Positions 1 to 12,000 of a stretch of DNA of 54,192 nt are shown here, one piece after another. Origin of the DNA: Candidatus Aminicenantes bacterium (GTDB lineage Bacteria; Acidobacteriota; Aminicenantia; UBA2199); NCBI GenBank assembly GCA_024644125.1, contig JAHELQ010000001.1:1-54192 (forward strand), in the 5' to 3' direction. The number at the start of each line of letters is the position of its first letter. Position 1 is the stretch's first letter. The notes under the pieces were generated by a model that saw nothing but the letters and a program-made list of their open reading frames with translations, searched no databases and was not told the DNA's origin. Position numbers and translations under genes: made by a program.

Positions 1-3000
1 TACAAAATCGAATTCGACCCGGAATTGACCGGGCGACTGGCAGAGGCGGCACGGGAATCGGGAGCCACTCTGAATGCGCTCGTCATGGCGATGTGGGGGA
101 TATTGTTGGGTCGATTGCTTCATCGCTCCGACGTGATGTGCGGGTGCGTCGTGTCGGGGCGGCCGGCGGAGATTCCCGGTATCGGACAAATGGTGGGACT
201 CTTTATCAACACCATCCCGGTACGTATCCAGACGACGAATCCTGCGATGCCGTTTTGCCGCTTTTTGGAGCAATTGCAAGAGCGCATCCTTCTCTCACAG
301 GCATACGAATTTGTGCCATTGGTGGAGATCATGGCGCAAACACCGCTGTCGCGAGATCTTTTCGATCATATCATCGGATTCGAGAATTATCCCCTGGAGC
401 GGAACAACCAACCGTTTGCAAGCAAGGGATCGACCTTTACCATTAGAGGATTGCAATTTTTTGAACAAACCAATTACGATCTCGCCATCATTGCCATCCC
501 CACCGATACGATTCGCGTCCGTTTCAAATACAATGAATCCGTTTACCGGAGAACACTCATCGAACAAATGGCGAATGCCCTGAAATATCTGGCATTGCAA
601 GTGGCGGCGGAGCCGGAGCTTCCCCTTCACGACCTGAGGCTGCAAGCGGAAGAGCAGTCTCTCTTCAATGGAAGCGATGCGCCGTTCGAGACCTTTCTTC
701 CTTTTATTATACGGCATTTGAATGAAGCCAGGAATAGCGTTTGCGCCATCGATGCCAGCGCGAAAACGGATCGCTCTCTCGAACGGGCGATGACCTGGGG
801 TTTTTTGCAGGAAAAGAGCCGAGCTGTATCTAAAAAATTGCTGGCTTCCGGTTGCCGTCCGGGAGATATTGTGGCTGTGAGTTGCAGTCGGTCATTGGAA
901 TGGGTCATTTTCATCAATGGTATTTTGCAGGCCAATTCCATTTATATGCCTGTAGATAAAAACTTACCTGAAGAACGGAAGCGATTCATGGCTTCGGATA
1001 GCGGAATCAAGATGTTGCTATCGGATCACGTGGCCCAATGGGTAGGCGAGTGCGTCCGGCAGGTTATATTTGACAGATCATTGGAAGATGAGGATGATGG
1101 TGATAACGCTTGGAAGCTTCCATCGCCGGGAGACCCGGCATATTTGATTTATACCTCTGGCTCCACCGGTAGGCCCAAAGGTGTGCTGATCCCGCATGGA
1201 TCGGCAGCCAATTTTTATATTGCGGTTCAGAAGGTTTATGGGAAGGGGTTTTCGAGCTACGATCGCTGCCTGGTTTCAACAGGTATAGGTTTTGATGTGA
1301 GTGTGGCCGAATGGCTGATGCCTCTTTGCTCGGGCGCAGCCATGGTTCTGTTTGCCGATCATTGGCAGAAGGACGCGCAGGCGTTGGCTCGATTGTTGGT
1401 CAAGGAGAGCGTTACGTTTTGTTATATACCGCCGGCTTTATTGGCGGATGTGCGGAAGAACTTGTCGCGGAGCGGTCTCAAGATTGCCCTTGACAAATTG
1501 CTGGTGGGGGTCGAGCCGATCGAGGATTCCGTTCTGGATGGGTTTGTGCGCTTGAATCCTTCGATGGCGGTGATCAATGGTTATGGTCCCACAGAAGCCA
1601 CCATTTGCGCCACCATGTTCCGTTTCACCGGCGGATATTCGACCGGTCGTCGCGTTCCTATCGGAACGCCGCTTCTGCATACCGGCATCGTATTGAAGGA
1701 TCTGTTCCATCACGGGGTTCCAGATGGCTTGCCGGGCGAAATTTACATATCCGGGCGCCAATTGGCCATTGGGTACTTGAACAATCCTGAATTGACGGCG
1801 GAACGGTTTGTGCAAGAGAGTGGGCTACCGCGCATGTACCGGACCGGCGACAGGGCGTTCGTCCTTGAAGATGGGAATATCGAGTTTATTGGTCGCTTTG
1901 ACAATCAGGTCAAAATCAGAGGCTTCCGCATCGAGTTGGGGGAGATCGAAGGTGTTCTCTTTCGCTTTCCGGGCGTTCAAAGCGCGGCAGTAACCGTTGT
2001 CGAGGCGCCTTCGGGAGATCCCATGCTCTGCGCCTATGTTGTCGCCGTGGATGATGAACTCCTCGAAGATGAGGATTTGCGTCTTCATCTGGTAAACTCG
2101 CTTCCTGAGTATATGATTCCCGTCTCCATTATGAAGCTCCACTCGTTGCCGCTGACGCCCAACGGCAAAATCGATCGCCGGGCGTTGCCGTTGCCGTCCG
2201 AAAAAAACTCGCGATCGCATGTACCGCCGGAAGGCCCAGCGCAGATTGCGTTGGCGAAGATCTGGTCGGAGGTTCTCGATGTATCGCAGCCTTCCATCGG
2301 TATCGACGACAACTTCTTCTTGCTGGGAGGCCATTCTCTCAAGGCAGCGGCGGTAGTTTCCAGAATTTACAAGGATCTGGAGGTAAAATTTCCCCTCCGC
2401 CAATTGTTCCGGCAACCTACCATCCGGGCAACGGCGCGGTTCATCGAGGAGCAATCGCAGACCCGGTTCGAGGGAATTCCGGTTGCTGAAAAAAGAGATT
2501 ACTACCCTCTCTCCAGCTCTCAAGCACGGTTGCTGGTGGTGACCCGGTTGGCAGCCGAAAACACCTCGTACAACATGCCATACTTCCTGGAATTGAAGGG
2601 AGAGCTCGATATACAGCGATTGCAGGATTCCTTCGGCAAGTTGGTGATGCGACACGAAAGTCTGCGCACATCGTTTCGTTTATTGGAAACCGGAATGGTC
2701 CAGAAAATCGCGGAGAAGGTGGAGCTCGATATCCCTGTCTTCCGGCGCGGTCAGTGGCAGGAGCCGTTGGAAGAGAATTTCGTACGCCCCTTCGATCTCG
2801 AAACCGCCCCCCTCTTGCGTGTGTGCCTGGTGCAAATGGAAGGGGACAGGCACCTCATGATGATCGACATGCATCACATCATTACCGACGGCACCTCGAT
2901 CGGGATATTGATAAAAGAATTTATGATTCTGTATAGCGGCGGCTCACTTCCGGAGATTCGGATCTCGTACCGCGATTATGCTCTCTGGCAAGCGGCGAGC

Positions 3001-6000
3001 GCCAGAAGCGATGATCGGTTGCGGCAGGAAAGGTTCTGGCTGGAGCAATTCAGCGATCCGCCGCCGGTCATGAATCTCCCGCATGATTACCCGCGACCGC
3101 AGGTTAAGGATTTCTCAGGAAGCGATATTCGCTTCCAATTTGAATATGCGGGCAAGCAATTTGAAGCGACCCTGTTTACTGTGTTGCTAGCGGTCTACTA
3201 TGTGTTATTGTATAAATTGTCGGGGCAACAGGACATCGTAGTGGGAATCCCCACCGCAGGCCGGCCTCATCCGGACCTCGAACCGGTCATCGGCATGTTG
3301 GTCAATACATTGGCTTTACGGAATTTTCCTTCGCCTGAAGTCCGGTTCGAAGATTTTTTGATTCAAGTGGCTGCAAACGCCATCCAGGCTTTTGAGAACC
3401 AGGATTTCCAGTTGGAAGAATTGGTAGCCAAACTTCCGGGTACTCGCGATCCAGGACGGAATCCACTGTTCGATGTGTTCTTCGTCTTCCAGAACATGGA
3501 GATGCCGGAGTTTGCTCTTGAGAAGCTGCAGATCAAACCCTATCCGCACTCAAAGACAACCGCGAAATTTGACCTATTGTTAGAAGCCACAGAAGCGAAC
3601 GGGACGATATACTTTGCTCTGGAGTACAGTACAAGCTTGTTTTCCAGGAACACGGCGCAGCGAATCGCCGGATATTATCAGACTATTTTGAATGCACTAC
3701 TGGATCATCCGCACGCGCTCATCGGCGATATCGACATCCTATCGCCGGAGGAGAAGCTAGATATTTTGCTGTCGGCATGCGGCCCGGCTGAGGAATCGCT
3801 TCCTTATCACACGCTTCACGAATGGTTCTCGGCAACCGCCCAAACCATGACAGACAGGATTGCCGTCATCGACCACGAGCTCAATCTCAGTTATTCCTGT
3901 ATCGAGCACATCTCGGACCGGGGAGCCAGAACGATTGCATCCGGAAGCCCGCCTGCCGAAGCGGTCATCGGCCTTTTGGGAGATGCCGGGGCATTGTTGG
4001 TGACGGGGATCCTCGCCATCTTGAAGGCCGGTTGTGTGCACTTGCCCATCGATCCACAATACCCCGCCGAACGCAAGCGTTATATGGTTGAGGATAGCGC
4101 CGCGTTCGCTATTTTGAGTGGCAGAAGGGATTACGATCTTCTCTGGCTGTCCGGGAGCGTACCAACCTTATCTTGCGAAATTTTCATCGATGAAGGCGAG
4201 CCATCATCGTATCATTCGCGATCACTTCCTCGCGGCGACCGTAACTCGGCCTTGTATGTGATTTACACTTCCGGGTCCACCGGATTTCCCAAAGGGGTGA
4301 TTATCGAGCACGGTAACCTGATGAACCTGATCCTTTTTCAAATGAAGCATACATGCATCGACTCCCGACGTGTTCTTCAGTTTGCGAGTCCCGGCTTCGA
4401 TGTATCGATGCAGGAAATCTTCTCGACGTTGGTTTGCGGCGGATGTCTTTGCTTTATGGATCACAGCAAAAAGAGCGAACCGCAGGCTCTGGCGGCCGCC
4501 ATTGCCCGCTATCAGATCCATACTGTTTATTTACCCACTTCGTTCTTGAAATTTTTATTCGGCAAGGGGCAGGAAGAGACGAATCTCCCTTCGGCAGTGT
4601 CCCATATTGTGACGGCCGGAGAGCAACTGGTCATCTCCCCTCGATTGCAGCGTTTTCTCGAATCTCGGCAAGTGACGTTGCACAACCATTATGGTCCCAG
4701 TGAAACGCATGTGGTGACTGCTCTTTCCATTGGCGTGAAAGACAGGAAGCCGGCGATCCCCTCCATCGGAAGGCCTATTGCCGGAACCGCGGTCTATATT
4801 CTAGACCGGAACCTTTGTCTTCAACCGCGGGGGGTGCCGGGAGAACTATGCGTCGCTGGACTGGCGGTGGGGAGGGGTTATCTGAACCAGCCACAGTTGA
4901 CCGAAGAGAAATTCGTAAAACTATCTCTCTCTCGAACAACCCACAAACGTGCGTACAGGACTGGAGATCTGGCCCGGTTTCAAAATGATGGGTCCATTGA
5001 ATTCTTAGGGCGCATCGACAACCAGGTGAAAATTCGCGGTTTCCGGGTGGAGCCGGGAGAGATCGAGAGTCTCCTCTCAGGTCATCCGTCGCTCAAAGAG
5101 GCGGCGGTAATTCATCGCATCACCCAAAGCGGCGAGAATTATCTCTGCGTATATTTTACAAGCAATCCTTCCTCGATCGGCGTAACGTCAGCCGAATTAA
5201 AATCTTTTTTAGCAAGCCACGTCCCAAATTATATGATTCCCGCCTTCTTTGTCCAGTTGGAAACGATTCCTCTGACGGTCAACGGTAAGGTGAATCGCGC
5301 CCTTCTTCCTGAGCCCGTTCTACAGAGGGATGAAGCGAATCCTCCGAAGCCCGGGATCGAGGCGAAGATGGCCGAGATTTGGGCGGACATTCTCGATATG
5401 GATGTCTCGACCCTCTATCGCGACGCGGACTTCTTTGCGAGCGGAGGTCATTCGCTGAAAGCGACGATGTTGATTGCCCGTATCCACAAAGCCTTCGAGG
5501 TGAAGCTCCAATTGCAGGAGATCTTCACGCATCCGACCATCAAAGCCCTGGCAGAAGCGGTAATTGCCTCGGCCTCTGATCGATTCAAAGCCATCCCTCC
5601 GCTCGAAAAAAGAGACTATTATCTTTTATCCAGCGCTCAGAAGCGGATGTTTGTGCTCAATCAATTAAAGAAAGGCCATATCAGCGACAATATCTCGTTG
5701 GCGGTGTTGGTGGAGGGAGAGCTCGATAAAAAAGTTATCATGGAAGCGTTTCAGAGTCTATGCTCCCGGCATGAAGCATTGCGTACTTGTTTTGAGGTAT
5801 GGGAGAGACTACCGGTTCAGAGAATACGTGATTATATTCGGGTGGAATTGGAAGATATGGATGGCGTCAATCGCGATGAGGCATTCGCTGCGTTTATCCG
5901 GCCCTTCTCCCTGGAATCGCCGCCTCTTTTCAGGGTAGGATTGCGGAGAGAGGATCGCCTTCATCATATTCTGATCATGGATATGCATCATATCATCACC

Positions 6001-9000
6001 GACGGTCTCTCGATCAAACTAGTGCTCCGAGAATTCATCGGGCTCCTAAAGAATCTTCGGCTTCCGGAATTGAGAATTCAATATAAGGAGTTTGCCCATT
6101 GGCAAGACCTCTCGCTGAAACAGGGGATCTTGAAGGAGCAGGAGGAGTTCTGGCTCGAGGTGTTTTCGCAGCCGCCGCCGGCAGTGGAACTTCCGCATGA
6201 TTATCCCCATTTGGAAGAGCGAGATTATGAAGGCGGTAATATCGATTTTTGCTGGGACGGACAATTGGCGGTGGAGATTTACGATGTCCTCGATTCGAGC
6301 GGAACGACACTGTACATGATATTGTTGGCATTGTTCAATATTCTATTAGCCCGCTATTCAGGAGAGGAAGATATTGTCGTGGGAAGTCCGGTTGCCGGAA
6401 GGCGTCATCTGGATTTGGAAGGGATTGTCGGCTTCTTTGTGAACACACTGGCCATGAGGAACCGCCCTTCGGGGCAAAAAAACTTCCTCTCGTTTCTGGA
6501 TGAGGTGCGGGAGCGCACGATTCTGGCTCTCCAAAACCAGGATTACCAATTTGAGGAATTGGTAGGCCGTTTGGGGTATATCGGCAGCTATCGCCGTAAT
6601 CCGCTGTTTGAGGCGATGCTCTCGATAGAGAATACCGGCCTTTCAGAAGGGATTGATCTCGAAGCCCCAATCACAGGCCTATCGTTCACGCCGATTGATT
6701 CGGGAAAACGAGTAACACAATTCGATATTACGATTCAGGCATATGAAATCGAGGGGCAGATCCGATTCAATTTTCGTTACAGCGTGGGACGTTTCAAGCA
6801 GCGAACTATCCATCGGTTCATTCGCAGTTTCACCTTGATTGCCGAGGCTGTCTCGACGAAGCCGGAAATCGTGCTTAAAGACATAGATGTTATCTTGCCG
6901 GACGAACGGAAGTTCTTGCAGGAAGAATTAAATCGCAACGAACTAGCCTTCGATTCATCGGCCATCGTTCCTTTTCTATTTGAACGGCAAGTTGAACAAA
7001 CTCCGGACCGAACGGCAATGATGGCTCCTGCGGATGAAGGAAATCTTCAAGGGATCATCCAGATCTCGTTCAGGGAATTGAAGCGTAGGATCGCTTCGAA
7101 GGCTGAGGTTTTGAGAGAACGGGGAATCGGGCCCGGTTTTATCGTCGCCTTCATGATGGAGCCTTGCCTCGATATGGTGATGGCCATCCTCGCCATCCTT
7201 GAAGCGGGCGGGGCTTATTTGCCTATCAGCGCTTCTTTTCCCCCAAAGCGCGTTCAGTATATTTTGCGAGATAGCTCTCCCCGGTTGCTGATCACCGGCA
7301 AAAGCCAGGAGATCGATTGGGGAGTTACCACTACCTCCATCGAAAAATTATCGGAGCGCGTCGATAAGAGAGCGAAGCATTCAGCGCCGCCATACCCTTC
7401 AGCCGCACCGGAAAATCTCGCTTACATCATCTATACCTCAGGTTCGACTGGTAGACCCAAAGGTGTAGCGGTTCGGCACGACAATCTTTTACTTCAACTG
7501 ACCGGTTTTATTCACCGGTTCGATTTGGGGACAGGCAACCGCATATTATTATCTACATCGGTGACGTTCGACGCTTCAGTGATTTTAATTTTCCCTCCGC
7601 TTCTGAGTGGAGGCTCATTGTTTGTGGTTTCTGAGAGCGTTCGTAAAGATCCGCGAAAGATGTGGCTCGCCATTGAGAGGGAAGCCATCAATACGATGTG
7701 CGTAGTTCCCGCCTATTTTCAGGCATTGTTGGAGAACTCAGATCCACAGAGTATTCGCTTCCAACTTCTTCTCCTTGGCGGCGACGTGTTTCCCACCGCT
7801 TTGTATAACAAATTGAGGAATAATTCCAATATAAAACGACTGGTCAATATCTATGGGCCAACCGAAGCGACGGTCGATGCGATGGCGTTCTCATGCGCCG
7901 CCGAAGGCAGATTCGAGACATCCTCGCTTCCGATAGGAAAAGCCATGCCAAATTACCATATCGCTATTCTAGACCACAATCGACGGCAGGTTCCCATCGG
8001 TGTCGCGGGGGAGATCTGGATCGGAGGTGGCGGAGTGGCGGCCGGGTATTTGAATCATCCTGAAACCACCGCCGAAGTGTTCATCGATGACACCAATCAT
8101 GGACGTATGTATAGAACCGGCGATCGAGGCCTTGTTCAGGAAGACGGCAACGTTTTGTTCCTTGGGCGTATGGATTTTCAAGTGAAGATCCGGGGCTTCA
8201 GGATCGAAACCAGCGATATCGAAGCCATTTTACTCGATAATCCCTCGATAAAAGATGCGGCTGTGGTGGCGGTTGCTGGTAACGAAGGGGACAATCAATT
8301 GCATGCATTTATTTTGGCTTATAGGAAGGAAGAGCTCGATGCAGAGTCGATTCTCGAAGCCCTGTCGGCTGAATTGCCGGATTACATGATTCCCCGGCAC
8401 ATCACGTTCATCGATGAGTTGCCTCTCAATTCCAACGGGAAAGTGGATAGGCATGCATTGGTTAAGTTGGCCGGGAAAGAACGAAGCGATAAATCGATTG
8501 ACACTCCGCCGCAAACACGAGGCGAACTATTGCTGGCCCGGTTATGGGCGGAGGTTCTGGGTTTCGAAGAGGGAATCATCGGTCGGGACGATAACTTCTT
8601 CCATTTGGGAGGTCATTCTCTGAGCGCCGCTGTTTTATGCGCCCGAGTACGCAACCGTTTGGAAGTTGAATTGCCGCTGCTTGAATTGTTCAAGAATCCA
8701 ACGCTGCGGACAATGGCTCTTTATCTCGACAGGGTCTCGAAAAGCGGCGAACAGGCAATCGATGCCGTCGAAAAACGTGATTATTATCCTTTATCGTCGC
8801 CGCAGAAAAGGTTCTATTATATACAACAATCAAACCCAGGAACTATTTCATACAATATGGCTGTACTGAACAGGGTGACTGGAAGCCTGAATCGATCGCT
8901 TCTGAAGCGGGCGATCGACCGACTCTCTGCGAGGCACGACTCATTCCGTACTTGTTTTGTCATGGCTGAGGGACAACCGGCGCAACGAGTGCGCGAATCG

Positions 9001-12000
9001 GTGAATATAAAGATTGAAGCGCTTGAATGCAAAACACCGGATGAGGGGGTGCGTGCTTTTATCCGACCCTTCGTTCTTGAAGAAGCGCCTCTTATAAGAG
9101 TCGGAATCATCCCCATCTCGGACGAAGACTGCATCCTGGCCTTCGATATGCATCACATCATCGGCGACGGAGTCTCGATGGGGGTGATGATCACTGAATT
9201 GACTGCTCTGTATGAAGGAGAAGCTCTGCCTCCGCTTTCCATTCAATACAGGGATTTCTCCCTCTGGCAAGAGAGGACGCTTCAGAGCAAGCGATTTCAA
9301 AAGCAAATCGAATTCTGGAAGAAGAGACTCTATTCTCCGCTTCCGGTTCTCGACCTCCAGCCGGACTTCAAGCGACCGTTGGTATTCAATAACAAAGGAA
9401 GATCGTTTCGATTTTTTCTGGATCGAGAGGTATTCGAAAAGCTATCGATTCTAGCGCAACAATTGAACGCCACGATGTACATGATTCTTGCAGCCATATT
9501 CGCTGTACTTCTCGAGAAATATTCGCAGCAAGAGGACATCCTTTTCGGAAGTGTGGTCGCCGGACGGCTTCATGAACAATTGGAAGCTGTTATCGGTCTC
9601 TTCACCAATACCATTCCACTGAGATTCTCCGTGGAGCCCGGGCTTCCTTTTACGGATTTTGCGCGACAAGCGGTTCGAGATTGCATCGAAGCCTTCGATA
9701 ATCAGGATGTGCCATTCGAGGAGTTGGTTTCGGCGTTGAACCCTCTACGCGATCCCTCCCGTAATCCATTGTTCGATGTGGGCTTCGGAATGGTGTATGC
9801 GGCATCGGTTGCCAAACCGCTTCACGAAATTACCTTCACCCCTTATTCATTTGAAGCGGGTACTTCGAAATTCGATTTATCCCTTCTGGCGGAAGAACAG
9901 ATCGACGACCTCTCGTTCCTTATGGAATACCGAACAGGCCTATTTAAAGAGAACACGATTCAATTGATGGCCAGCCATTTTGTTCGCCTTATCTGTCAGA
10001 TCACCTCCGAACCAGGCTTCGCCATAGAAGAATTCTCGCTGCTTGGGGACGATGAGAAGTCGGTAATATTGGAAGAATTTAATCATGACACTGATAAGGA
10101 TATTCCGCAGGCTACATTCCGGGAGCTGTTTCTTCAAACGAAAAACGCCGCTACCGACGCAATCGCTGTAACAGATCTCGCAGATTGGCCTCTTCATTTA
10201 TTTTGGAAATCGGCGGGGGACAGGCACCTGACCTATAAGGCGTTGGGAGACCTGGCATCGCAATTTGGGGATTTCCTTCTTCATTATTATCACTTACGAG
10301 AAGAAGATCGAATCGGAATAATGATGGAACCGTCACTGGAATGGGCGGCGACGGTCTTGGCGGTGATGATAGCGGGCTGCGCGGCAGTGCCGCTTGAACC
10401 GGAACTGCCTGAGGAGAGAATTCGCTTCATGCGCGAGGATTCGTCGGTAGCCTTGGTGATCGACCGAGAGTTCTCACTCGGCTGTATTCACAGCTTCCGT
10501 AGCAAACAGCCGGCGAATGCTCCATCGATAAATTTTGCGACAGGGGATGATGTGAACTACCTTGCTTATGTGATTTACACCTCAGGTACCACCGGCTTGC
10601 CCAAAGGTGTGGCGGCTACGCACCGTGGATTTGCGGGATTGCGGTGTTTCCAAAGGGATGAACTGGGGCTCCGCGGAGATGACCGGGTGCTGCAATTCGC
10701 GCGAATTTCTTTTGACGGAGCCATGTTCGAGCTGACGTCGGCCTTTTTCAATGGAGCCGCTCTCTGTATTCCCCGTCGAGATATCATCGGAAACTACGCA
10801 TTGATGGAGAGCTTTCTTAAGAAAGCTGGAATTACGGTGGCTGTCATGCCGCCGCCGTATCTTACGCATCTTTCAGCAGATCTAAATCATCATATCAGGA
10901 TTCTAGTGAGCGCTGGCAGCGAATCGAATGATGCGTTGGTGCGGCGCTGGGGGGCCGTTGTCCGCTACTTCAATGGATATGGGCCTACCGAAGCGACAGT
11001 CGCTGCCACAGTTTGGCGGTACTCAGAATCAGTTGATCTCGATACCCTCAAGAGCATTCCCATCGGAAAGCCGATTCCTGGAACCAGGATTTTCATTATG
11101 GATCGCAATCATCGACTTCTTCCCCCTTTAGTTCCTGGTGAATTATGCATCGGGGGTTCGAGCCTGGCTCGAGGGTACTTGAACAATCCTGAATCAACAG
11201 CTCAAGCATTTGTAAATACAGATGAAGGGTTTGTCTATAAGAGCGGAGATCTTGCTCGTTTTTTGTCCGACGGAAATCTAGAATTTTTGGGGCGTATCGA
11301 CCAACAGGTAAAAATCAGGGGGCAGCGGGTGGAATTGCAGGAGGTCGAGCATCAGATTCTCCAATTCCCAAAAGTCACAGCGGCCACAGTCGTGTTATGG
11401 AGCCAATCCGAAGGGGACAATCGCCTGGTAGCCTATATCGTTCCGGTCGAACCAAACTCGGAAGCAGCCACTCTAGTTGATGAGTTGAACGTTCATCTTG
11501 CCAAACGGTTGCCGGCGTTTATGAAGCCGTCTTATATCATCCCCATCGGAGGGATACCTCTCACTGTCAATGGCAAAATCGATCGATCGGCACTTCCGCT
11601 GCCTCAATTGCATGCGACGAAAGAATCAATCCGTGAACCGGAAAACGAAACTGAATCGCGTCTGGCCGAAATCTGGTCCGAGATATTGGAGATTCCTCTC
11701 TCGGCCATCGGGACGGAGAACGATTTCTTCCAATTAGGAGGGCACTCTCTAAAGTTGACAATACTTTTGAGCCGCGTCCTTAAAGAACTAAAGATCGCAA
11801 TCCCATTGGTGACGGCGATCGCAAGTCCCACAATCAAGAATATGGCGCTTTATATTATCCAGTACCGCGAAGAATTCTTCACATCCAAAAACGACCGGAT
11901 TATCCTTCTGAAAAAAGGGAGCGGGCAAAATCGCCATTTATTCTTTGTGCACGACGGGTTCGGCAGGATTGACGCTTATAGGGAGCTGGCTCTCCAGGAA